From an uncultured delta proteobacterium (GTDB lineage: Bacteria; Myxococcota_A; Polyangia; Polyangiales; Polyangiaceae): 64,000 bases of DNA. The stretch is from NCBI GenBank assembly GCA_963716725.1, contig CAVQUB010000015.1, forward strand, positions 416,001-480,000, written 5' to 3'. Position 1 is the first letter of the stretch. Every line of letters starts with the position of its first letter. Positions 18,519 to 27,899 of the stretch are shown in pieces. Below the pieces are notes generated by a model. It did no database searches. It saw nothing but the letters and a program-made list of their open reading frames with translations, and was not told the origin of the DNA. The position numbers and the translations under genes were made by a program.

Positions 18519-20084
18519 TCAGCCGTAGCGGTCGCGGCCCATCCGCGCGCCGAGCACCGATTGGTCGAATAGATCTCCGGCGAGGGTCTCGATGACCTCC
18601 CGGAGTTCGACCTCGTCGAGCCAACGTGCGGGCAGCGCGGTGGTGCCGTGCGCGGCGCCGAGCAGGCTTCCCACCAAGCTGCCGGTGCTGTCGCTGTCGC
18701 CTCCGTGAGCCACCGCCCGCCACAGCGTCTCGGCGACTGCGTCGCTCGTGAGCGCGCATGAGAGCGCGATCGCCAGCGCGCTCTCGCCCGTCCAGCCGCC
18801 GCCGAAGGACTCGATGTCAGCCGCGCTCGGCGGCCCGCCCATCGACAGCTCCTTGGCCCGAGCCACGAAGCTCTGGGTCTCTTCGGCGCTGAACTCACAG
18901 GCCAGCAGCGCGTCTGCCGCGTCCATCGCTTCGCGCAACTCGCCGCCGCGGGAGAGATCGTGGATCAACGCGGCGAAGTATCCGGCCGACAGGTAGCCGC
19001 TCGGGTGGCCATGGGTGAGTGCGCCGGCGTCTCGACCGAGCTCGAAGGCGACGTCGCGCGAAGCTGCTGCCAGACCAATCGGGGCCGAGCGCATGATCGC
19101 ACCGCAGCCCTTGCTGTCGTTGGCGCGAGCGTTGACACTGAAACGCGCGCTGCCCCGAGCCCGGGCGTTCAGGGCCGAGAGACAGGTGTTGCCGGGGGCC
19201 CGTCGGGCATGCAGCCGCTCCACGGAAGTGAGCCAGCCTCCGACCGGCGGCGAGGTCGCGACTTGGGTGGCGAGCCAGCGCAGATAGGCTTGCTCGATGC
19301 GGTCGAGGGCGTCCCTGGGATCGTCCGCCACGATCAGGCCTTCGGCGGTGAACAACGTCATTTGCGTGTCGTCGGACACCAGCGCCGGCGGCGAGTCGGA
19401 GTAGGCCAGGGGGGCAGGCGCCGTCGGACCCCAGCGCGTCACGATGGAGTGGGCGTTGTCGAACTCGACGGGATAGCCCAGCGCATCCCCGATGGCGCCC
19501 CCGAGCAGGCAGCCTTCGAATCGAGTGAAAGGGACTGGCAACGCTGGGCGCTCCGCGTCGGGTAGCGCGTGGACCAGGTCGAGCTGTTCGCTCGTCTCGA
19601 TGGCGCCGGGGCGTACCTGGCGCACGGCGGCGACGGCTTGCTCGGCGCTGAGGCCGCGCGCTCGCAGGCAGGCGGCGACCACCACTCCGCTGCGTCCGAG
19701 GCCGCCTCGGCAGTGGACCGCCACGTTGTGTCCCTTCGCAGCCGAGTCGATGATGGCGCGAACCAGCTCGTCGAGATCCGATCGAGATCCTGGCACCGAG
19801 GCGTCAACGACGGGAAGTTCACGGAAAACCAGGCCAAAGCTGGCGGCGCGTTCGGGCAGCGCGGCCATGCCGAGTCGCCCGCGCTCGTCGGGCTCCATCA
19901 ACGAGATCAAGTGATCGACGCGATGGACCTCACGCAGCCGCCTCAGATCTTCGTCGAGATCGCGTTGCCAGCGCCCGTCGCATTTTCCTGGTCCAATCGT
20001 GATGCCAATGCGGCCGGCGAGACCGGTGAGGTGGCCGGGGACGAAGGCGACCCGGATCGGGCTCTGGATCGAGGTGACCCCCAT
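18519..20084 (-). CDS. fusion of CDKN3-like dual-specificity phosphatase and ADP-ribosylglycohydrolase
   Basis: HCRGGLGRS (CX5R) P-loop; GCLLGGAIGDALG, SDDTQMT, THGHP, GGDSDSTG ARH motifs. Confidence 0.9.
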   Translation of the reverse strand: MGVTSIQSPIRVAFVPGHLTGLAGRIGITIGPGKCDGRWQRDLDEDLRRLREVHRVDHLISLMEPDERGRLGMAALPERAASFGLVFRELPVVDASVPGSRSDLDELVRAIIDSAAKGHNVAVHCRGGLGRSGVVVAACLRARGLSAEQAVAAVRQVRPGAIETSEQLDLVHALPDAERPALPVPFTRFEGCLLGGAIGDALGYPVEFDNAHSIVTRWGPTAPAPLAYSDSPPALVSDDTQMTLFTAEGLIVADDPRDALDRIEQAYLRWLATQVATSPPVGGWLTSVERLHARRAPGNTCLSALNARARGSARFSVNARANDSKGCGAIMRSAPIGLAAASRDVAFELGRDAGALTHGHPSGYLSAGYFAALIHDLSRGGELREAMDAADALLACEFSAEETQSFVARAKELSMGGPPSAADIESFGGGWTGESALAIALSCALTSDAVAETLWRAVAHGGDSDSTGSLVGSLLGAAHGTTALPARWLDEVELREVIETLAGDLFDQSVLGARMGRDRYG

Positions 20085-20139
20085 GCTGGCAAGTGTCGCA
20101 CAAGTCGCGATCGATCGGTCAGTCGGCTAGGCTCCGCGC

Positions 20140-21823
20140 GTGCTCGGCCCCTTTGTCCGTGCGGCGATCCCGCTCTTGGTGCTCCTGCCGGCCTGCGGAA
20201 AGAAGCGCTCCGAACCGGCGCCGATCCCGAGCACGATCGTGACGGTAGGGTCGACGGCGGCGGACGCAGCGGCGGGGTCGGTGGCGGCGGACGCCGGGGC
20301 GGCGGCGACGGATCCCGGCGCCGCGCGGCCTCCGAAGCGGACCGCCTGTCCTGACGAGATGGCCCTGATCGACGCGCGCTTCTGCGTCGACCGCTGGGAG
20401 GCGACCACCGTCGAGTCCGGCGGCAAAGCGCACTCGCCGCACCACGCCGTGGGTCCCAAGAAGGTCGAAGCACGCAGCCAGGGCGGTGTACTGCCCCAGG
20501 CCTACATCTCGGCGGAGGAGGGCGACGCGGCCTGTCGCCGCGCGGGCAAGCACCTGTGCACGACCCAACAGTGGCAGGACGCCTGCATGGGCGTGGCCCG
20601 CCCGTATCGCATCTACCCCTACGGCATGGAGTACGAGAAGGGTGCGTGCAACGTCGCCCGGCGCTTGCACCCCGTCGTGCGAGTCCACGGCAAGTACCTG
20701 CACGACTCGGTGATTCTCGAACGATCCGAAGCTCAACCAACTGACCGACACGGTGGCGAAGACTGGCGAGTTCTCTGGGTGTTCGACCCCCGAGGGAGTG
20801 TTCGACATGCAGGGCAACCTGCTCGAGTGGACGCAGGGCGACCAGAAGGCGCTGCTGATGGGCGGCCACTACGTGGAGGCAAAGCTACACGGCAAGGGCT
20901 GCCGCTACGTGACCGCGGGGCACGGCGCCGAGTATCACGACTTCACCACTGGGTTTCGTTGCTGCAAGAAGGCGGACAAAGAAGCGCTGGCGCAGTTGGC
21001 GGATGCGCCCGCGCCCGCGTCCGCGTCCGCATCAGCGCCCGTGGCTTCGAGCGCGCCCTCCGGCGCGGGACCCTCGGATCCGCCGGGCATGCGCGGGTTC
21101 ACCAGCAACACCGGCAAGCTGCCCAAGCTCTCACCGCCCGCCTACGCGGCTCCGGATGCGACCTGCCCAGTCGACATGGCGCACGTCGCCGGCCTGCGCT
21201 GCGCGGAGCCCAGGCAAATCTGCAAGCGCTGGCTTCCGCGGCTCAGCGCCGGGAAGAAGATCGCGTGCGCGGAGTTCGCCGAGCCCAGCGAGTGCGCCGG
21301 CGCACGACGCAAGCTCGACTATTGCATCGATCAATACGAGTTCACGCCGCCGGGCTATTCCCACCCGCTCACCCACGTGAACTGGGGTGAAGCCCAGAAC
21401 CTGTGTCGCGCGATGGACAAGCGTCTGTGTTTCGAGGACGAGTGGGAGTTCGCCTGCGAGGGCCCGGAGGCGCTGCCGTACCCCTACGGATTCGTGCGCG
21501 ACGGTAAGCGTTGCAACCACGATTTTCCCGAAGAACAGCTGGTGACCGGGCCGGATCAGTTCATCGACCGTCGTGTTGCCAAGGACTCGTTGCCCGGCTG
21601 CAAGAGCCCCTTTGGCGTGTTCAACCTGGTGGGCAACGTGGACGAGTGGACGGTGCGCTACAACCAGCCAGCCGGGCGTCGTGCGATCTTGCGCGGTGGC
21701 TGGTGGCTGATCGGGCGCAACCGCTGTCGGGCCGCCACGGACAATCACGGGGAGCAATATGCGGGCGTGCAGACCGGGTTTCGCTGCTGCAAATCCAGCC
21801 GTGGTAGCCTGAAGTCGCAATGA
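20140..21823 (+). CDS. lipoprotein with two FGE-sulfatase (SUMF1-like) domains, +1 frameshift near 20719
   Basis: FCVDRWE, GVFDMQGNLLEW, GFRCC; second copy YCIDQYE, EWEFAC, GVFNLVGNVDEW, GFRCC; removing one base at ~20719 restores ILNDPKLNQL. Confidence 0.8.
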
Positions 21824-22083
21824 GCCGGGTGCCGGTGAGCGTGCTGGTCAGCGTGCGGGGAAAGGACGTGCCGCTCGATCAGGTTCGGGATCCTTCCGTC
21901 GTGCGTGCATTCCGTCAGCTCGCGGACGACGTTGGCAAGAAGCTGGCGACGGTCACCTGTGCACAGCACAAGCAGGGACCGACGCAGGTTCGGCTCGCGG
22001 TGGACCACGCGGGCAACGCAGATTTGCGCTACGAATCGTGCTGCCTCGCGCTGCGCGACGCCGTCGGCAAACAGCTTGCTTGA
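21820..22083 (+). CDS. small hypothetical protein (C-x2-H ... CC, possible metal binding)
   Basis: ATGA overlap with upstream gene; CAQH and ESCC motifs. Confidence 0.7.
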   Translation: MSRVPVSVLVSVRGKDVPLDQVRDPSVVRAFRQLADDVGKKLATVTCAQHKQGPTQVRLAVDHAGNADLRYESCCLALRDAVGKQLA

Positions 22084-22086
22084 GCC

Positions 22087-23901
22087 TCAGTGCCGCCACT
22101 CGCGATGGTCGGTCCGGCTCACGACTTCGACGGAGGCGAGGGCCGTGCCGAAAGCCTTGTCGTAGAAGCGCTGGGCCGCTCCACGCAGCTCGTCGGGCGG
22201 TTTCGCCAAGATCGCGGTCCAGAGCTGGGCGAAGCGCCCGGGGCGGATCACGCCTTGGCCGACGAGGGCGTCGGAGTCGAGTCCGAGCTCCGCCGCGATC
22301 CCCCGGAAGGCGGCCAGGGCGGCGTGCCAGTAGGTACCGCCGCGGCCGACGAAGACATGCCGGGACAAGAGGACCAGCTCGAGCACTGGCGAGTGAGTGC
22401 TTGCGATCACGCTAGCCAAGTACGCGGAGAGTTCTTCGCGCGCGCGTGCGCGCAGGGTTCCTTCGGGGGCATCGAGAGGGTCGTCGACTCCGAGCTGCTT
22501 GCAGAGGATCTCCGGGACCGGAAACAAACCGCGCGCGAAGTCGATGCGGTGCTGCACCTCGTGGCGCTCGACGGAGCTCGCGTAGAAGTCCCGAAGGCGG
22601 CGAAAAGCTGCGGCCGGACCCGGCCTCGACAGCTCCGCGTGCAGTGAGTCCCACTCGCCGAGCTGGGCGCGAGGCACGCGCAGCGAGAGATCTTCGGCGT
22701 AGTCCGCTTCGGGCACGAGTCGTTCGGGCACGCGCAGCACCTGGCCGAGGCCGGCGAGATCCTTGCGCCAGCTCTCGACCAACGTGCGCCTGCGAGCGAG
22801 CAGCTCGCCGACGCGACGCACCTCGCCGTCGCGTCCCGGATCGGTGGCGGCAAAGTAGCTTCGCACCAGCTCACCCGCGCGGGCGTTCACGGCGGGGACC
22901 CAGCTCTGACCGCGCATATCGGCCTCGTAGTCCGCGGCTTCGTCCACCAGGCTCATCGGCTGCCCCTCGGGCAATGCCGGCAACACGTAGCGCACCAGAT
23001 CGCTCTCGACCTGATCGAGCAGCACCGTCGCGGCGGGCATGCTCGGCCGGGTGTACCCAGTGTAACCCTGCACCACGTTCAGCCGGTCGAGGCGCCAAAG
23101 GTGGACCACCCGATGGGTGTCGCCGCCGCTCTTCATCAACACCTCGCGCTCGACGTAGAACCCCAGCAGGGCGGCTCGGGGCCCCGTCGGTCCAGGCAGC
23201 AGGTCGGTGTCGACAAAGAAGGGATGTTTGCCCTCGGCGAGCGCCCGGTTGAAGGCGCCGGCCGCCAGCGTCATGCGGTGACTGGCCTCCTGGATGTGCT
23301 CGGCGCTCGACGTGCCGCCGACGGCCGCCGCCGCGTCGAGCAGCTCTGCCAGGCGATCGGTGGGCGCGGGCCCGAGGGCCTTCCGCACCGCGGCGCTGGT
23401 CGCGGCGGTTCGGGCTTGGCGCTGAGCCGCCGCGTCCCCGCGGCTCGTCGCGATCACGAAGCTGGTCATGTGCTCGGAGAGGGCTCGACCGTCGGCAGCG
23501 CTGCGGGGATCAAAGGGACGCGTGAGCTTCCACCCCACGAAGGCGGCGAGGGTGGACAACAGCGCGATGGCCACCAGGCTGAGCGTGAGCCACGGGCCGC
23601 GCCGTGGCGGCTTCAGCGTGGCCGCCAGCCCCAACTGCTCGGCGGCGACGGCCGCTATATCGTCAAAGTCCGCATCGGGGGAGCCCTTGGCCACCGACAA
23701 GAAGGCGATGCGGGCCAGGTGGACCGGGTCGTGAACGTTGGTGCCGAGGTGCGCGCGATCCAGGGCCGACAGCAGGATGCGCTTGGCCCGCCAGCGGATC
23801 AGCGGATCGAAGCGACGGAGCTCTTGCTTTGCGAGCTCCGGCCGGCCGCCCTCGATGGCGGCGGCGAGGGCCGCGAGGGTGGCTCGCTGCACTCGCTTCA
23901 T
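22087..23901 (-). CDS. membrane-anchored hypothetical protein with HExxH zincin-like motif
   Basis: ATG overlaps upstream stop (TGATG); TM helix WLTLSLVAIALLSTLAAFVGW; HEVQH and downstream EELSAY. Confidence 0.7.
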   Translation of the reverse strand: MKRVQRATLAALAAAIEGGRPELAKQELRRFDPLIRWRAKRILLSALDRAHLGTNVHDPVHLARIAFLSVAKGSPDADFDDIAAVAAEQLGLAATLKPPRRGPWLTLSLVAIALLSTLAAFVGWKLTRPFDPRSAADGRALSEHMTSFVIATSRGDAAAQRQARTAATSAAVRKALGPAPTDRLAELLDAAAAVGGTSSAEHIQEASHRMTLAAGAFNRALAEGKHPFFVDTDLLPGPTGPRAALLGFYVEREVLMKSGGDTHRVVHLWRLDRLNVVQGYTGYTRPSMPAATVLLDQVESDLVRYVLPALPEGQPMSLVDEAADYEADMRGQSWVPAVNARAGELVRSYFAATDPGRDGEVRRVGELLARRRTLVESWRKDLAGLGQVLRVPERLVPEADYAEDLSLRVPRAQLGEWDSLHAELSRPGPAAAFRRLRDFYASSVERHEVQHRIDFARGLFPVPEILCKQLGVDDPLDAPEGTLRARAREELSAYLASVIASTHSPVLELVLLSRHVFVGRGGTYWHAALAAFRGIAAELGLDSDALVGQGVIRPGRFAQLWTAILAKPPDELRGAAQRFYDKAFGTALASVEVVSRTDHREWRH

Positions 23902-26012
23902 CAGCGTGCGCCGCGAGGCGCCCCGGTCGGACGTTCGCGCAGACCGCGCGCCGGCCAGGCCGTGACCAATTTGGCTGGTGACATGCTCGTGTTCGGATCC
24001 GAGAACTGCGAATACCGATACTGCGACGTCGCTTGTCCCCACCACTGGAGACTCAAGTGGATGTGGTGATGGTGGTAAGGCCAGCCGCTTCCGTAGGCGA
24101 GGCGGGAGTCGAAGACAGAGAGTTCCTGCGCGCTGAGCTGCTTGGGATCTCCGGCCGCCAGCGCACCGAGATCCTTGGCAGCCTGGGCGATCAGCGGGGC
24201 GAGCACTTGATCGACTCCGATGACCCGGGTTCGAGGGTTGGAGATCAGCTTGGCCATGAAGAAGGCCTGGCGCGGCAGATCGACGGTGTGCTTGGTCTTG
24301 GCGGCGTCGGAGCAGAAGCCGTCGGCGTGCTTCGAGCCGTCGCCGCAGACGATGCGCGAGCGGTTGTCCGGGCCGGTCTGGAAATAGGCGATGTCTTGGT
24401 TGCCGCCCTGGTCGTGGGTTGAGGCCGGGTGCCGCGGATCGTCCACGTCGTAGCCCGGTGTGATGCCGTTGATCTGGCAGGTGTCGATCAGGCCCAGGGG
24501 CTTGGTGCCCGGGAAGGCCTTCTCGGTCTCGGCCAGCGCCGAACGCACCATCATCACCAGCTCGCGGCGCGCGAAGCGGTAGTTCGAGTAGCTGTCCCAG
24601 GCGTAGTTGTCCTCGGCCTTGCCGCTCTTGGTGTCCGGGAAGGGGAAGGGGATAAGTCCCGCTCCGCCCGCCGCTTGGCCGATGCACTCCGCTTCGCTGA
24701 ACACGCTCTGGCAGTCCTTGCCGTCTTGGTAGGCCAGCTCGTCGACGTGCAGGCTGTAGGCGTTCTCTCCGCCCCCAAAGCCGACCACGCGGAAGAAGTA
24801 TTGGTCCCCGCCGGCCTCGGACCACAGCCCGTAGTACTCGGTGTCGGTTTCGGAGCTGCGATCCATGTAGGGATAGGTGTCGCCGATTCGCGAGCCGACG
24901 AGCTTGCCCGCGGCGTCGAAGACCACGAGATCGAGATCGCCGGCCGCGTGAGCGAACTCGATCCCGACGCGCACCACCTTGCCCTTCGGCACCGTGACCT
25001 GCCACCAGTCGCTGTCGCCGTTGCACGAGATCAGGCCTTCGGTCACGCCCTTTGGGGCGGGCTTGGCGGTGGCTTGGGTGTCGTTGTCCTCGAACGAGTC
25101 GTCTTTGCCGTTGCAGACGAAGGGCTCCTTGCTGCAGGTGCCCTGATCGCACCAGCTGTTCTTGGGGCACCAACCGCTGGGCTTCTTGGCCGAGCAGGCC
25201 ACGTCTTCGGGGATGCAGCCCGCGCTGCCGAGGCAGACGAGACCGGTTGGGCACGCCGCAGCCGCGTCGCAGCCGGGGCGACAATAGGTGCCAGATCCGT
25301 CCTCGGTCTTTGCGCACCAATGTCCGACGCGGCAGTCGAGATCCATGCCGCAGCCCTGCACGCAAATGCCGCTTCCATCCGTGGCCGCGGGTTGGCAGGA
25401 GCCCTGCCCACACACGCTCGAGTCTTGGCAGCCGAAGGAGAGGCAGTAGCCCCCGAGCCAGCCGTGCACGGCGCCGGAACCCTCGTAGCAGCTCGCGTCG
25501 GTGGTGGTGCACTCGGTGTCGTCGCTGCATTGGGCGCCGGGCTCCCCGGCGGGCGGCTCGAACAAGTCGCAGAAAGTGCCGCTCGTGGGGTCGCAACTCT
25601 TGCCCTTGATGGGCGCGCACACCTCGTGGCGGTTGATGGCGCCGCCGGTGCACGCCGCCGCGTCGATTTGCGGCAAGCAGAAGCCGTTGCCGCCGAGCAC
25701 CGTCGAGTTGAAGCAGAGGGCGCCCGGATCGCAGGCTTCAGCCGCGCCCGGCGCGGAGCACGGCGCGGTCGCCCGAGTCACGCACAGGCCGTGCAGGCAG
25801 ACGCCCGGGTGGGTCGCGGTGCCATCGCAGCCTGCGTTCGCAGTGCACGCGCTGCCCGGAGGCTGCGGGCCCAGCGCATCCGCGCCCGTGTCGCTGCCCG
25901 CGTCTGGTTTGTTCTGTGCGCCGCCGCCGTCGTCGGAGCTGCATCCGGGGGCGAAGACGAACGCGCCGGCGAGAGCGCCGAACGAGAGGACCGAAATCGT
26001 GCGGAGGGTCAT
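23901..26012 (-). CDS. Cys-rich lipoprotein with PPC domain and C-terminal MepA-like (LAS-type) Zn peptidase
   Basis: lipobox FAPGC; Cys repeats; DSDWW...GDLDLVVFD PPC motif; H-x3-THDQG-x3-DIAY and HHHHIH motifs. Confidence 0.7.
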   Translation of the reverse strand: MTLRTISVLSFGALAGAFVFAPGCSSDDGGGAQNKPDAGSDTGADALGPQPPGSACTANAGCDGTATHPGVCLHGLCVTRATAPCSAPGAAEACDPGALCFNSTVLGGNGFCLPQIDAAACTGGAINRHEVCAPIKGKSCDPTSGTFCDLFEPPAGEPGAQCSDDTECTTTDASCYEGSGAVHGWLGGYCLSFGCQDSSVCGQGSCQPAATDGSGICVQGCGMDLDCRVGHWCAKTEDGSGTYCRPGCDAAAACPTGLVCLGSAGCIPEDVACSAKKPSGWCPKNSWCDQGTCSKEPFVCNGKDDSFEDNDTQATAKPAPKGVTEGLISCNGDSDWWQVTVPKGKVVRVGIEFAHAAGDLDLVVFDAAGKLVGSRIGDTYPYMDRSSETDTEYYGLWSEAGGDQYFFRVVGFGGGENAYSLHVDELAYQDGKDCQSVFSEAECIGQAAGGAGLIPFPFPDTKSGKAEDNYAWDSYSNYRFARRELVMMVRSALAETEKAFPGTKPLGLIDTCQINGITPGYDVDDPRHPASTHDQGGNQDIAYFQTGPDNRSRIVCGDGSKHADGFCSDAAKTKHTVDLPRQAFFMAKLISNPRTRVIGVDQVLAPLIAQAAKDLGALAAGDPKQLSAQELSVFDSRLAYGSGWPYHHHHIHLSLQWWGQATSQYRYSQFSDPNTSMSPAKLVTAWPARGLRERPTGAPRGAR

Positions 26013-26095
26013 GCGGCCGCGGAGGGTGCCACGGCTTCTGCGTCTTGCCAGCTGCTTCGAAAAATGGCGGGTGATTTCGGCTGGGCGCGCGTGCG

Positions 26096-26692
26096 TCACA
26101 GACGCGAGAAGCTTCGCAGACGTTCCATCGCGGACTTCTGCCCGAAGCGCTCGGCGAAGTCCCGCGCACTCCGGCCGGCGTAGTCGGTGGCTCTGCCGTC
26201 GGCGCCGCGGGCCACCAAGACGTCGAGGGCCGCGGTGTGCCCGAAGGCCGCCGCGGCCATCAGCGCGGTGGTGCCTGCGGCGGTGGCGCGCCCTTCCGGG
26301 GCGTAGCGCGCGTTGGGATCGGCGCCGCGTGCGAGCAGGGTCCACACCGCTTCGCCGTGGCCGATCTGCGGCGCTCGAGCGCTCCACGCGGCGGAGCGGA
26401 CGTCGGTCTGGTCCGGATCGGCGAGAAAAGCGTGCAGCGCCGGGTGTCCGGCCGCCGCGGCGAAGAAGATGGGAGCCACGCCTCGGCCGTCCGGCGCGTT
26501 CGGGTTGGCTCCGGATTCGAACAGAACCATCACAACCTCGTTCGCGCCCGCGGCGATGGCGAGGCAGAGGGCGGTTGGGGTGAGTAGCGCGCCCGCAGCG
26601 ATCAGCTCCTGCGCCCGAGCAAGGTCCCCGGCTGCAGCCGATTCTTCGAGCACGGCGGCCAAAGAGGCTCTCGTTGCCTCCTGGTTGGACAT
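26096..26692 (-). CDS. ankyrin-repeat protein
   Basis: LFESGANPNAPDGRG, LLARGADPN, GTTALMAAAAFGH motifs. Confidence 0.85.
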   Translation of the reverse strand: MSNQEATRASLAAVLEESAAAGDLARAQELIAAGALLTPTALCLAIAAGANEVVMVLFESGANPNAPDGRGVAPIFFAAAAGHPALHAFLADPDQTDVRSAAWSARAPQIGHGEAVWTLLARGADPNARYAPEGRATAAGTTALMAAAAFGHTAALDVLVARGADGRATDYAGRSARDFAERFGQKSAMERLRSFSRL

Positions 26693-26806
26693 GGAGAGCC
26701 GATGGTAGCGCGACGGGGCGCCGCGGGTCGAATGAGCTGCGACGCGAGAGCGTCTGGGAGTGTGAGCGTGTCCGACGGCAGCTTGACCCGAAGCAGGTCC
26801 CGCCGC

Positions 26807-27898
26807 ATGTCCCCACCGCCAATGGCCGATCCCCCGTACCAGAACACCGAGCTTTCGACCGAGCTGCCTGTCGAAAACACCAACCTGACGGCCTTCTTGC
26901 CGCTGCCCGCGCCGCGCGTGGTGAAGGCGGAGTTGCCCGCACCCTCCCTCGTCTCGGAGTTGGTGCTCGCGGCTCGCAGCGAGATCCGCGACGCGATCTT
27001 CGGCCGCGATCTCCGGCGGACAGTGGTCATCGTGGGACCGTGCTCCATCCACGATCCGGACGCGGCCATCGAGTACGCATCCCGATTGGCGAAGGTGCGT
27101 CAGGCGACGCGGGATCGCCTGATCGTGATCATGCGCGCGTACTTCGAGAAACCGCGCACGACCGTGGGATGGAAGGGGCTGATCAACGATCCACATTTGG
27201 ATGGAAGCTGCGACATTGGCACGGGGCTGCGTCGGGCTCGCGAGACCTTGGTTGCGATCAACGCGCTGGGGGTGCCCTGCGGCAGCGAAATGCTCGATCC
27301 CATCACGCCGCAGTACGTCGCCGACTTGCTGTCGTGGGCGTCGATCGGCGCCCGCACCACCGAGAGTCAGACGCATCGCGAGATGGCCAGCGGGCTGAGC
27401 ATGCCCATTGGATTCAAGAACGGGACCGACGGCAGCCTCGACCCCTGCGTCAATGCGTTGATCTCAGCGGGCCACGCCCACCACTTCTTGGGCATCAACG
27501 CCGATGGCGTCACCAGCGTGGTGCAGACTCGAGGCAACCCCGACCGACACGTGGTGCTGCGGGGCGGTGCGAATCCGAACTACGGACCAGAAGACGTGAA
27601 GCTCGCCGCCGCTCGCGTGGCGTCGGCAGCCCCGGACCTCGTGCGCTCGATCATGGTGGACACCTCCCACGGCAACTCGATGAGAGACTGGCGTCGGCAA
27701 CCCGCGGTGTGTCGCTCGGTGCTCGAGCAGATGCGCGCGGGACAGCGAGTGCTCCTGGGCTTCTTGCTCGAGAGCAACCTGGTGGAGGGTAGACAAGACT
27801 GGCAGCAAGGGGTTGTGCTCACCCGCGGGATGTCCATCACCGACGGCTGCCTCGGTTGGGCGGAGACGGAAGCGTTGCTCTACGAAATCGCGGGCTGA
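26807..27898 (+). CDS. 3-deoxy-7-phosphoheptulonate (DAHP) synthase, class I-alpha (AroF/G/H type)
   Basis: GPCSIHD, YFEKPRTTVGWKGLINDP, IGARTTESQTHRE, GFKNGTDG, DTSHGNS, SITDGC motifs. Confidence 0.95.
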   Translation: MSPPPMADPPYQNTELSTELPVENTNLTAFLPLPAPRVVKAELPAPSLVSELVLAARSEIRDAIFGRDLRRTVVIVGPCSIHDPDAAIEYASRLAKVRQATRDRLIVIMRAYFEKPRTTVGWKGLINDPHLDGSCDIGTGLRRARETLVAINALGVPCGSEMLDPITPQYVADLLSWASIGARTTESQTHREMASGLSMPIGFKNGTDGSLDPCVNALISAGHAHHFLGINADGVTSVVQTRGNPDRHVVLRGGANPNYGPEDVKLAAARVASAAPDLVRSIMVDTSHGNSMRDWRRQPAVCRSVLEQMRAGQRVLLGFLLESNLVEGRQDWQQGVVLTRGMSITDGCLGWAETEALLYEIAG

Positions 27899-27899
27899 T

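Noticed and set aside
20140..21823. Diversity-generating retroelement targeting the FGE domains
   Set aside because: No reverse transcriptase and no adenine-variant repeat pair seen
22087..26942. Very long ORF-track calls (22087-25653, 23901-26942; likewise 12121-13896, 37600-39687, 41863-46296, 45699-47648, 48025-49836)
   Set aside because: The extensions are Arg/Pro-rich shadow frames overlapping real genes, or frameshift-created fusions; starts were trimmed
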